From the NCBI GenBank assembly GCA_965215005.1, contig CBDCCZ010000014.1, positions 160,001 to 224,000 of the forward strand: a stretch of 64,000 bases of DNA. The letters run 5' to 3'. The translations under genes were made by a program, and so were the position numbers. A model generated the notes under the pieces. That model had not been told where the DNA came from, ran no database searches, and saw nothing but the letters and a program-made list of their open reading frames with translations. Positions 1 to 8,588 of this stretch are shown one piece after another. This DNA comes from Kofleriaceae bacterium. GTDB lineage: Bacteria > Myxococcota_A > Polyangia > Haliangiales > Haliangiaceae. How positions within the stretch are numbered: the stretch's first letter is position 1; each line of letters starts with the position of its first letter.

Positions 1-203
1 GTGCGATTGGCGGGCAAGTCATAGGCCAAGAGAATCTCCCGCAGCGCGTTGCGCATGGACTCCGGGCTGATGACAGGATATTCATGACCGTCCTTGCTGA
101 TCTTCTGAATGACGGTTCGGTTCTCTTCGCTCTCTCCTCGATAGTTGGAGCTGGGAGCGGCGTACGTGAGTACAGTCGCGAACAAATTTGGGTGGGCGGT
201 CAT
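1..203 (-). CDS. cas7: Type I-B (MYXAN) Cas7/DevR, 5' part; runs off the window
   Basis: Manual translation from ATG 203 (GGAGG upstream; an in-frame ATG at 245 overlaps the cmx8 stop): MTAHPNLFATVLTYAAPSSNYRGESEENRTVIQKISKDGHEYPVISPESMRNALRE. This is a typical DevR/Cst2 N-terminus, directly downstream of cmx8. Confidence 0.88.
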   Translation of the reverse strand, partial: MTAHPNLFATVLTYAAPSSNYRGESEENRTVIQKISKDGHEYPVISPESMRNALREILLAYDLPANR

Positions 204-241
204 GCGTTGTTCCTCCAGGAGTTGAATTTCATTGCGGTCAC

Positions 242-604
242 TCATGCGCGAGCGCTCAACGCCAACAACGTGAGCGTTCGGATCTCGTCCGGATCCGACA
301 TCAGCTTTTTCGTGAGCGCCACGTAGCCGGCTTCGCCGCGGCGCTGCGGAACCGAACAGAGGGTGCCGGCGAAGTACTCGATGAAATCGGCACCGGTACG
401 ACTTCGAATCGCTAAGAACGCATCTTTCGCGATCTTCTCCCGCTTGTCGCTAAAGTCTCGTTGCTTGCGCTCGTCTCCCGCCACCTGCTCCCAAGACAAG
501 CCGTGCTTGCTGGAGACCCTTCGCGAGAGAAAGGTGCCTACGATGCGATACACGATCTCCTCAGCCTCGATTCCGGCCGCTCCGTCGTTGAGCTCATCAC
601 TCAT
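242..604 (-). CDS. Putative internally translated Cas11-like small subunit within cmx8 (120 aa)
   Basis: In-frame ATG at 604 preceded by GGAG-ACCAAT. The product MSDELNDG...EEIVYRIVGTFL...DAFLAIRSR...YFAGTLCSVPQ is the helical C-terminal domain of Cmx8. Confidence 0.6.
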   Translation of the reverse strand: MSDELNDGAAGIEAEEIVYRIVGTFLSRRVSSKHGLSWEQVAGDERKQRDFSDKREKIAKDAFLAIRSRTGADFIEYFAGTLCSVPQRRGEAGYVALTKKLMSDPDEIRTLTLLALSARA

Positions 605-1819
605 ATTGGTCTCCAATCCCGTTAAAGCTTCACGCGCATCCCGACGAAAGGAATTGCGCCCCAGCGTCTGCTCATAGCCCGTCGTGCACAGCATGTGCGT
701 GAACGCGCTAAACCAAGGCTTCTCTTGCAGCAAAGCTCGCAGTCGAGCCTGGCGGAACCGAGCGTCTCGATAGGCGCTGCGAATCCGCGTGTATTCATCG
801 ACGATGTGGCCCGGCTCGACACGCGCATGGGCCAGGATCCTCACGTTGTTGCCGACCTTCAGCAGATGCAGCACATCGACGCCGAGGACGAGATCACTCG
901 TCCGCTGTGCGCCGGTACGCTGCTCAAGGCGAGCTCGTAACTGACGAAGCATGTCGAGCCCACTTTCTTCGACAATATCGATCAAGGCGTCGCGGGGCCG
1001 GTAGGCCACGATCTCAGCACCGCGCTCGCGAAGCAAGCCGGGCAACTCTCGGCAGAACATATCGAGAGTCGACACATCCGGGATCGCCAAGGCGAAGCCG
1101 TGAAACTCGCGCTTGCCGTCGTTGTCGACGACGTTCGGCACGTAGATGGTGACCACGAACGGCCAGAAATGGAGTAGGAAGAGAAAACGATTTCGGTCTT
1201 TCATGGGCACGTTGTCGGCCGTCGTCGCCATGGCACCGATGAAGTACGTGCTCGGCAGATCGCTGGCTCCATCGGGTTGGCTCAGCGCCGTCCATGTTTC
1301 TTCCGCGTCCGTCGCTGGCGTACCGTTGGCTCGCGCCTCGTAGGGAGCGCGCTGCGCGGGGATGCCGCGAAGCACACTCCAAACCGTGTCCCGCCACAGC
1401 TTCGTCCACCTGCCCTGCTCGCCCGTCGGGTCGTGCTCCAAGAGAAACGCGCCGCGAGGCACAATCTTGGGATAGTAGAAGACGGTCTTCCGCTTCACCT
1501 TGCCGCGCCTGTCGGTCTCCTCGACCTCGACCTCGCGGAGCGGCGGAATCACTGCTTTCTTCTTGTCCTTCCTGAGTTTTGACTCCGCCACCTCTTCCTT
1601 GGAGGCGGCGTAGACGTGGTCGAAGAGCTCTTCCAGGCCAGGCCGGTCGAGGCGAATGACGGCCGTGTGGGCCCCGAGGTCCACCAGCTCGGCGATCCCT
1701 TTGCGCTCCCCGGGCTGTCTTTCGAGCCACTGGAGCATGATCACGAGCCCCGCAAGCCCGGCTCGGTGTTGCGAAGACGGGAGCTCGGCCAGCTCGTAAT
1801 TTAAAGTGACTGCAGTCAT
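242..1819 (-). CDS. cmx8: Type I-MYXAN large subunit Cmx8 (Cas8b-type)
   Basis: 525 aa. Motifs LPSSQHRAGLAGL, W..LWRD..W..LRG.P, FLLHFWPFV and C-terminal TLLALSA. Lies between cas3 and cas7, with a TGATG overlap with cas3. Confidence 0.9.
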   Translation of the reverse strand: MTAVTLNYELAELPSSQHRAGLAGLVIMLQWLERQPGERKGIAELVDLGAHTAVIRLDRPGLEELFDHVYAASKEEVAESKLRKDKKKAVIPPLREVEVEETDRRGKVKRKTVFYYPKIVPRGAFLLEHDPTGEQGRWTKLWRDTVWSVLRGIPAQRAPYEARANGTPATDAEETWTALSQPDGASDLPSTYFIGAMATTADNVPMKDRNRFLFLLHFWPFVVTIYVPNVVDNDGKREFHGFALAIPDVSTLDMFCRELPGLLRERGAEIVAYRPRDALIDIVEESGLDMLRQLRARLEQRTGAQRTSDLVLGVDVLHLLKVGNNVRILAHARVEPGHIVDEYTRIRSAYRDARFRQARLRALLQEKPWFSAFTHMLCTTGYEQTLGRNSFRRDAREALTGLETNMSDELNDGAAGIEAEEIVYRIVGTFLSRRVSSKHGLSWEQVAGDERKQRDFSDKREKIAKDAFLAIRSRTGADFIEYFAGTLCSVPQRRGEAGYVALTKKLMSDPDEIRTLTLLALSARA

Positions 1820-4143
1820 CAGACCTCCGTGCCTTGGAAACCCAACCAGGCGTCATACTGCGCAGCTGAAACGATCCCGAGATAGTGTGGCAACCAGCGC
1901 GGCCGCTCCTCCGCCCGCAACAGAAAGCGACGAGGCGCCGCGAGGACCAGGCCATCGATTGCTTGTCCGCCCGCTCTGAGCGCCTTGATCTGAACTAGAT
2001 CGGTATCAAGAACACTCGCAGCGAACTGGTCCGATTCTTCGCGCACGGAGCCCGGCGTCGCGTAGTAACCACTCTCGAGAAATCGTGCGCTACGTACGAG
2101 CTTCGCTTCATCGACCGAGAATGCCTGTAGCGCCTCGGCGAGCTGGCGCTGTGAAACCGCTGGGCCGGCGACAGCGGCAATGAACTCCCGTGCCTTCTCG
2201 AGCTGCTTGTCCTCATAAGGTCGTTGGCTGGGAGCCGGAATCACGACGATCTCCGCCCGAAAGTCTGGTCCGCGCGCCAAGTGCCGATTTGTTCGACCGA
2301 AGCGCTGAATCAACGCGGACGTGGGAGCCAGCTCAGTGATGAGGAGGTCGGCGTCGATGTCGAGACTCATCTCGCACACTTGCGTCGTCACGGCCAGCGC
2401 CGAGCGCGATACCTGCTGGAAAGCCGCGACGGTGTCCTGATGGGCTCGCTTACGGTCGCAGAGGCGGAAGCGGCTGTGATAGCAGAGCACGTCGGTGGAA
2501 AGCTCGCGCTTCAGGCGCGCTGCCCATGCCTGGGCCCGCGCTACCACGTTGACGACCATGAGCACTCGCCGGCCCCGAGCAAGTGCCTCACGCACTCTGG
2601 GTACGATTGCCTCGCAATCGTCCGCGTGCTCAATCTGATATCGGCAATGATGTTCTTTCTCCTCCAGGGCCACAAGCTCAACCCGGTCCTCAGACGACGG
2701 AAACATCTGCAGGCCACTGTCGAGCAGCTCTTGCTGCCGGCTACGAGGAAGCGTTGCCGTCATACAAAGAGCGGGCACGTCGAAACTCCGCAAGAAGTCG
2801 ATAAGCGTTTTGAAGAGGCGTTTGTCGTAGCTGTGAACCTCGTCGAAGATCACAACCGAGTCCGCCAATGCGGGCAGCAAGCAAAGGCTGTCGTAGCGGT
2901 GCTCCATGAAGGCGAGGAATTGGTCGACAGTGGCGCTGTAGTAGCGCTTCGACCACAAGCCGAGCGCGTAGAGCCGATCAGCGGCCTCATCGACGAGAAG
3001 CTTGTCCTCGACGCTCTCGGGCGGATTGGTAGCCATCTCCTGCAGCTCGTATCGAGCGGTACCGTGCACGAGCGCCGCGTCGGCTTCTGGCGCCCAGCCG
3101 ACGTAGTCCCGAAATCCTTCCGTTGCCGTCCCGCGAGTGGGGTAAAGGAAGACCACTCGACCGGCCGGCCTCTCAGCGAGCCGCTGCTGTGCCCAATTCC
3201 AAGCTGCCAGCGTCTTCCCAGCACCGCAGGCCGCGAGCAGAAGCACTCTCTCGCCGCGCTTTGCCACCTCCGTCTGAAATCGATCGAGTTGGATCGACTG
3301 CTTTCGACTCCTCTCGAGCTGCTCCAGTCGCGGCCGGATCACGTCGCGTTCGACCTCGATCGAGGTCGCTGGCTCGCGGTGAACGACCTCCTCGATCCAA
3401 TCCGGCAGCGAGTAGTCCTCGCGCACCAAGGCAGACGCAACCGAATCCGCGACAATCAAGCCAGCCTTGACGGCAAAGAGCAACCCACGACGGTTCGCTC
3501 GTTCGGAGGTGTACGGAGCTTGCAGCTCACGACGCAACGCGCGAGCCGAGCGCATTCCTTCGGTTAAGGCCGCAGACCAGGGCGAGCGCTCACTCCACGA
3601 ATCGGGCCAGGTCACGACTAGCGTCGGGAGATTTGCGACATGAGCGATTCGGCGAAAGGTCGATGTCACCTGAGCATGATCGAAGCGCAGCCGAACCCGC
3701 CGAGCGCGGCGTGACTGCCCCCAACGCCACCGCTCGTCCTCCTCTGATGCCTTGAGATGATGTGACAGCACTGCCGCCGTGACGACCTCGAGATCAATGG
3801 CCGCATTCGCGGCGAGCCAACCGCGGACCTCGGGGAGGTGAAGAACCAGGGCGCTGATGTGCTCGTGCCGCAAGCTCTGCCTGGAGTCTGGCCTGCCCGA
3901 GATCGCCGCTTGGAACTCATCATTGGCCTTGCCGATATCGTGAAGAAGCGCCGCCACCCGCAAGTTCAGCAGGAACCGCGCCCGGTCATCGTCGCTGAGA
4001 CGGAAGAAGCGACAGAACGCCTCACCCCAGCGGCCATCGAGACGAAACACCCTCTGAGCCGCCTCCTCCGTATCGAGAAGATGTTTCTCGAGAGAGAGCG
4101 CATCGCGGCCAGTGCGCCGGCTCTTGGCGAACAGCGACGCCAT
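1819..4143 (-). CDS. cas3: CRISPR-associated helicase/nuclease Cas3 (HD + SF2 helicase)
   Basis: LFAKS start, HLLD...LLHDIGKAN HD domain, GAGKT Walker A, DEVH, MTAT, HSRF and QRFGR motifs. Start set at ATG 4143, just after the cas6 stop. Confidence 0.95.
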   Translation of the reverse strand: MASLFAKSRRTGRDALSLEKHLLDTEEAAQRVFRLDGRWGEAFCRFFRLSDDDRARFLLNLRVAALLHDIGKANDEFQAAISGRPDSRQSLRHEHISALVLHLPEVRGWLAANAAIDLEVVTAAVLSHHLKASEEDERWRWGQSRRARRVRLRFDHAQVTSTFRRIAHVANLPTLVVTWPDSWSERSPWSAALTEGMRSARALRRELQAPYTSERANRRGLLFAVKAGLIVADSVASALVREDYSLPDWIEEVVHREPATSIEVERDVIRPRLEQLERSRKQSIQLDRFQTEVAKRGERVLLLAACGAGKTLAAWNWAQQRLAERPAGRVVFLYPTRGTATEGFRDYVGWAPEADAALVHGTARYELQEMATNPPESVEDKLLVDEAADRLYALGLWSKRYYSATVDQFLAFMEHRYDSLCLLPALADSVVIFDEVHSYDKRLFKTLIDFLRSFDVPALCMTATLPRSRQQELLDSGLQMFPSSEDRVELVALEEKEHHCRYQIEHADDCEAIVPRVREALARGRRVLMVVNVVARAQAWAARLKRELSTDVLCYHSRFRLCDRKRAHQDTVAAFQQVSRSALAVTTQVCEMSLDIDADLLITELAPTSALIQRFGRTNRHLARGPDFRAEIVVIPAPSQRPYEDKQLEKAREFIAAVAGPAVSQRQLAEALQAFSVDEAKLVRSARFLESGYYATPGSVREESDQFAASVLDTDLVQIKALRAGGQAIDGLVLAAPRRFLLRAEERPRWLPHYLGIVSAAQYDAWLGFQGTEV

Positions 4144-4147
4144 ACCG

Positions 4148-4771
4148 TCATCCAAGAGAGACTCTCCGCGGCGGTGGCACGAACAGGCCTGCGCCCATCC
4201 GCCGCCGGCCACCGAGCCCCGCGCTCTGCGTCGCTAGGGACGCACTTGCTTCCAAGTGCCCCAAAGCCACAGCGAAGCCGACAACGACTTTGTCTTTGAT
4301 GCGCATCACCCGCCGCGGGCCCACCGCGACCTCTATGCGCTCCGGGTCCTGCCCAAGATCGGGAATGTTTGCCAGCTGCCGACGCAGAGAATGCAAGAAC
4401 GGCTCTGGTTCGCATGCGCCCTTGATGGTGACGAAGCGAGCTCGCAGCGACACCGACGGGATAAGCGGGAAGATGCGCGGTGGTTCAAGCCTAATGCGCT
4501 GACCGCCAACCTCGATCGTTTGATCAGTGAGTGGGAGAACCGTCGCGATCACCGAGTTTGGAACGCGCAGTTTGACGTGAGATTTCGGCGTTAACGCCAG
4601 CACGCCTGCCTCCGTCCTCTGCCCGAGTATTGGATGCACGCCCCAATCTCGTTGTGCGTGAAGCTCCGGCAATGCTCGCGACAACGAAGAAAACAGCGAG
4701 TATCCGTGGTCGAGCGGTACCAAGCGACCGCGCGCAGGAAACGCTAGATCGACATAAACAGCGGAGCTCAT
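4148..4771 (-). CDS. cas6: Type I-MYXAN Cas6/Cmx6 endoribonuclease
   Basis: VDLAFP..G..VPLDHGY.L N-terminus, C-terminal G-rich loop GLGGRRRMGAGLF, strong SD GAGGGGGGAG. Confidence 0.93.
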   Translation of the reverse strand: MSSAVYVDLAFPARGRLVPLDHGYSLFSSLSRALPELHAQRDWGVHPILGQRTEAGVLALTPKSHVKLRVPNSVIATVLPLTDQTIEVGGQRIRLEPPRIFPLIPSVSLRARFVTIKGACEPEPFLHSLRRQLANIPDLGQDPERIEVAVGPRRVMRIKDKVVVGFAVALGHLEASASLATQSAGLGGRRRMGAGLFVPPPRRVSLG

Positions 4772-4926
4772 CTCGATTCTCCCCCCTCATGGAAACGAAA
4801 CTGCCGATGGTGAGCACGCGTCGAGCATGCTGACTGCCGTGCTCCAAGCGTCGTGAAACAGGAGCGTCAACGATCGATGATTCGACGGTACCGCCCCCGC
4901 TTAGCCGTCGAGAAACTGGTGTGCCA

Positions 4927-5029
4927 GCGCCCCCGCGTCTCCGGCATCAACGCGAGTGAGTGGCTCGTTGGCAGGGCGCACGACTAGAGCTGAATGCTCA
5001 ACGCCGGAACGACAAGGCTTGCAGCGTCG
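4927..5029 (-). CRISPR. Degenerate single-spacer mini-array (crRNA-like regulatory RNA): pseudo-repeat 5029-4994, spacer 4993-4963, pseudo-repeat 4962-4927
   Basis: Minus strand reads ...CCGGCGTTGAGCAT|TCAGCTCTAGTCGTGCGCCCTGCCAACGAGC|CACTCACTCGCGTTGATGCCGGAGACGCGGGGGCGC. The two flanks resemble the two ends of MYXAN-type repeats (...TGATGCCG...GGCGTTGAGCAC, recalled from memory). The spacer matches 5091-5106 at 13/16 positions. Confidence 0.72.
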
Positions 5030-5090
5030 TCGCGACCATCGGGTCCACGCAGTGACGCTGACACCAACCAGAACTAGCACGCGAAGATTT

Positions 5091-5135
5091 GCACTACCAG
5101 TGCTGACATAATTTTTCTTCGAAAGACAATAATGC
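5091..5135 (-). promoter_or_regulatory. Predicted Cascade target (protospacer 5091-5106, PAM ATG 5107-5109) in an AT-rich, probably promoter region upstream of the cas operon
   Basis: Minus strand ATG-TCAGCACTGGTAGTGC versus spacer TCAGCTCTAGTCGTGC. Adjacent AT-rich tract CATAATTTTTCTTCGAAAGACAATAAT. I could not place exact -35/-10 boxes. Confidence 0.6.
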
Positions 5136-5442
5136 GCACCTCGAGTTCCCCCCTGATCATCCGGCTCGCGACCAGTCGCCCCGATGACTCCAGATCAGAT
5201 CCGACGCTCTCAGCTCCCTGCGCGATCGAAACGAGACCAGTGGATCCGCCACGAGCACCGAGCGTATGCGGATTGACCTGAGAGCGCTCCGGGAGTGCTG
5301 CCACGCTGCATGAGATTGCTTTGAAGCGTTGGCTGATGAGTTTCTGTTCTTGAAGTGGCAGCTGGGAACGAGCAGCGGATCGCCTCGCACGAGCTGCGGC
5401 GCTGAGTGAGGTGTGGCGCTGCGTCGCTGCGCGCCAGGCCCG

Positions 5443-6555
5443 TCATGGCGGTGGAATGGGCAGCTCGGGGCGCGGTGGCAGGGCGCCGGCGATGATGAGG
5501 GCGTCTTCTTCTTCGGGGGCGAAGTCGCGGCGGCCGAAGCGGATCATGGTGAGAAAGAAGCTCACGGCCAGGGGGCCGACGATGAGGCCGATGCCGCCGA
5601 GCATGAGCATGCCGCCGATGAGGCTGAAGAAGACGACGACGCCGTGAATCTGCACGCCGCCGCGTATCAAGATTGGCTTTAGCAGGTTGTCGACCAAGCC
5701 GACGACGACCGCGGCCCACACGGCGAGAAAGATCGCCTGCCACGTCAAGCCCAGCAGCAGCAGCAAGCCGCACAGCGGATACGCCACGATCGCAGTGCCC
5801 ACGGACGGCAAAAAGGCGGCGAAGAAGGTCAGCAAGCCGAAGAACAGTGGATTGGGCACCGAGGCGATGACGTAGCCAATGGTTGCGACACCCCCTTGCG
5901 CGGCGGCGGTGATGACGCTGGAGCCGACGACCGATCGCGAGACGTGACGAAAGCGAACCAGGAGCTCGGTGGTTTGGCCGTTGGGAAGCGGCGAGATTTT
6001 CTCGAGCCAGACGAGCAATCTCTTGCCGTCTAGGAGCATGGCGTAGAAGGCGACGAGGAACATGCCGAGGTCCAGGAGCAACTGCGAGAGGATGCCGAGA
6101 ATGTCGCCAATTACACTCGCGGCCACCATGCCGCGCGCCGCCGCCTGTTGCGAGAGTCGCTGCGGATCGACCGGCAGTCGGCTGATGAGGTCTCGTAGCG
6201 GCTCCTCGAGGTGATCGGGAAGCTTGCCGGCTAGGGCGTTCAGCCCACCCTCCTGCAATGTCTCGCGCACGAAGGTGTAGGCGGCCAGTGCTTCGCGAAG
6301 CGCAATGGTGATGACGGCTGCGAACGGCAGTAGCAGCAGCAACACCACCGCAGTTGACATCAGCGCAGCCCCGAGCTTGTCGCGATTACCGAGCCACCCA
6401 CTGATGCGGTCGGTTGCGGGCTTGAGAATGCCTGCTAGCACAGCGGCGAGAAACAACGGCTCCCACAGCGGCCAAACCACCGCCAGAAAGAGGAGGATCG
6501 AGGCGGTAAGAAGTACCCCGTAGGCAACCCACGAGGTCCGGCTTTGCGTGCTCAC
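5443..6555 (-). CDS. AI-2E (PerM/TqsA) family transporter
   Basis: Multi-TM protein with PLFLAAVLA..L.P, ...P.VG.A.V..P and VDNLLKP.LI...IH...VFFSLIGG....G..GLIVGP motifs. Confidence 0.9.
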   Translation of the reverse strand: MSTQSRTSWVAYGVLLTASILLFLAVVWPLWEPLFLAAVLAGILKPATDRISGWLGNRDKLGAALMSTAVVLLLLLPFAAVITIALREALAAYTFVRETLQEGGLNALAGKLPDHLEEPLRDLISRLPVDPQRLSQQAAARGMVAASVIGDILGILSQLLLDLGMFLVAFYAMLLDGKRLLVWLEKISPLPNGQTTELLVRFRHVSRSVVGSSVITAAAQGGVATIGYVIASVPNPLFFGLLTFFAAFLPSVGTAIVAYPLCGLLLLLGLTWQAIFLAVWAAVVVGLVDNLLKPILIRGGVQIHGVVVFFSLIGGMLMLGGIGLIVGPLAVSFFLTMIRFGRRDFAPEEEDALIIAGALPPRPELPIPPP

Positions 6556-6667
6556 GGCGGCATTGTACTCACGTCGGCTCGAGTCTCAGTAGCCATCATG
6601 CTTGCGATGATCTGTTCTCTACCAACGCGCATCTTCACGCTTTAGCCGCAGCGAACGTCTTGACGAG

Positions 6668-6702
6668 CCCTGGCGACTCATCGACCCCTGGCGACTCATC
6701 GA
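6668..6702. repeat. Two-copy 18-bp tandem repeat (CCCTGGCGACTCATCGA)
   Basis: Identical 17-mers at 6668-6684 and 6686-6702. Confidence 0.85.
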
Positions 6703-6754
6703 AGGCTGGTGCAGCCCGCGTTGTCACTCGCGCCGCGCAAGCTCGAAACATCCA

Positions 6755-6959
6755 GCGCAGCAGCGTCAGCTCGTGTGCGAGCGAATCCTCGAAGTCGCGC
6801 ATCGAAGACGGCATGCGCAACACGGCCGCGGCGCCGTGATCGGGCAGGCACGCTCGCGCAGCAGCGTCAGCTTGTGAGCGAGCGAATGATGTCCTCGAGC
6901 TCGCGCATCGAAAACGGCTTGCGCAACACGGCCGCGGCGCCGTGATCATCGGGCAGGCA
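6755..6959. repeat. Diverged ~100-bp tandem duplication of the 3' end of the response-regulator gene
   Basis: 6755-6850 and 6856-6959 share GCGCAGCAGCGTCAGC...GCGAGCGAAT...TCGCGCATCGAA...GCGCAACACGGCCGCGGCGCCGTGAT...CGGGCAGGCA. Confidence 0.85.
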
Positions 6960-7307
6960 GGCGGGATCCATCGCAGTAATAAATACCACCGGCACCGTCC
7001 ACCGCAGCTCGCGAACCGCGGACGCTAAGGCAAGACCGTCTTGGAGCGGCATGCGGACGTCGGAGATGATGACGTCCGGGCGCGGCGTGGAGCCGGGCTC
7101 CATGGCTACTTCGGTGGCGTAGCGAACGAACTCGCCGCCATCGGCCACCCCATCGACGACAAACCCGACGCGGCGCAGCGCGTTCGCGCACAGCACCCGG
7201 AACTCGTCGTCGTCATCCGCCAACAGCACCCGAATCGGTCGCTCGAGTTGTTCACCGCGATCCCAACTCGTGTCGCGCTCTGCTTCCATGGGGCGGGTTC
7301 CCAACAT
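6867..7307 (-). CDS. Single-domain response regulator (receiver)
   Basis: RVLLADDD, DVIISDVRMP..DG, VVFITA and LRKPF motifs; AGGAGG before ATG 7307. Confidence 0.9.
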   Translation of the reverse strand: MLGTRPMEAERDTSWDRGEQLERPIRVLLADDDDEFRVLCANALRRVGFVVDGVADGGEFVRYATEVAMEPGSTPRPDVIISDVRMPLQDGLALASAVRELRWTVPVVFITAMDPACLPDDHGAAAVLRKPFSMRELEDIIRSLTS

Positions 7308-7553
7308 TCATCCTCCTGCTTGATTAGCGTGCACCCCGCGTGCCACCGAGCTTCCCCCGCCCCCGCCGGATGCCCCTCGTCGCGCCGCCGATGCCTGCCG
7401 CGATCACGACGAGCGCCGCCACGCTGTGACAATGCGCCTCGACGTCACGCGCGCAGCTCAGGCAGGTCGAGGCACGAGCCATGCACCGCACACCGCCATC
7501 GGCAACCTCTCGTTGCTGCTGGCAAGGACCCAGGTTCCTCCTCGAGGTTGCTC

Positions 7554-8447
7554 ATGACAACGCTCCCTTCTGAACAGACTCGCTCAACCAACGCGTGGCC
7601 CGGACGCGGCACCGACCGGGTTCGCACCGGGATCTTGCTCGATGCCGCCGGCGCCACCGACCGCGGGTGCGTACGCGAGCACAACGAAGACCAGTTTGCC
7701 ATCGTCGAGCTCACCCGCGGCGCTCACGTCCACGACAGCAGCCTACCGGCGGCGCACGAGCGTGAGTTGTCAGCCGGCGTTCTCTTCGCTGTCGCCGATG
7801 GTCTCGGTGGCCACGCGCGTGGCGATTTAGCGAGCGAAACCGCCGTGCGCACCGCGCTCGATGATCTCACCCGCACCCTTGCCTGCCGTGCCGACGACAC
7901 CACGATCCTCGACGGCATGGAGGCAGCGGTGCATCACGCCCATCGGGATATCACCGCGCTCGCGCAGCACGCGGACCCGGCCGTGGCCGACCGTCCGCCG
8001 GGGACCACTCTCACGATGGCCTTCATGGCGTGGCCCACGCTGTACATCGCGCACGTTGGCGATAGCCGCCTCTATGTGATCTCGAGCGGACGCTTGCAGC
8101 AAGTCACGCATGATCACACCGCCGCGCAAGCGCTGCTCGAGCGCAACCAAGCAACGGCCTCTGAGCTCGATGGGTCGCGACTTCATCATATGCTCGCCAA
8201 CGCGGTTGGCGGCGGCACCCAAGGTGCCCCGCGCTGCGAACGGCAGCAGTTGAAGCTGCGGTCGGGCGATGCACTCATTCTATGCAGCGATGGGCTGAGT
8301 GGGCACGTAGATGACGCTGCGATTCACCGCGTGGTCGCTTCCGCGGCCAGCTCGCGCGCAGCGTGCTCAGCGCTCATAGAAGCGGCCAAAGCCGGTGGCG
8401 GCAGCGACAACATCACCGTGGTGGTGGCGCGCGCGCTCCCCGCATGA
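7554..8447 (+). CDS. PP2C-family Ser/Thr protein phosphatase
   Basis: TDRG.VR..NED, VADGLGG, GTT, HVGDSR, LCSDGL and GGSDNITV motifs; start ATG 7554 with GAGG upstream. Confidence 0.93.
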   Translation: MTTLPSEQTRSTNAWPGRGTDRVRTGILLDAAGATDRGCVREHNEDQFAIVELTRGAHVHDSSLPAAHERELSAGVLFAVADGLGGHARGDLASETAVRTALDDLTRTLACRADDTTILDGMEAAVHHAHRDITALAQHADPAVADRPPGTTLTMAFMAWPTLYIAHVGDSRLYVISSGRLQQVTHDHTAAQALLERNQATASELDGSRLHHMLANAVGGGTQGAPRCERQQLKLRSGDALILCSDGLSGHVDDAAIHRVVASAASSRAACSALIEAAKAGGGSDNITVVVARALPA

Positions 8448-8588
8448 CGGGCAATTGTCATGGCTCGTTTACCCTCGCTTACAAACGAAGACTCTGTTTT
8501 ACAAAAGAAGCGTGGTGCTGGAGGCGGAGCGGCTCTAGTCTGAGAGGGTATCGCGAAGAGTTCGCGAACGAGGTACGGAGGAATCCCC

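Noticed and set aside
252..263. GGCGTTGAGCGC at the 3' end of cmx8 (minus strand) resembles the MYXAN repeat end
   Set aside because: It encodes the conserved LALSA C-terminus of Cmx8, and there is no second repeat or spacer; probably coincidental.
2224..3567. Long antisense ORFs (e.g. 447 aa here; also 29665-31116 and 36273-37514) and off-frame ORFs such as 43222-44520
   Set aside because: Shadow ORFs of well-supported genes in high-GC DNA, with no recognisable motifs.
5210..5225. Second partial match (TCAGCTC) to the mini-array spacer
   Set aside because: Only 7 nt long and not preceded by an ATG-like PAM.
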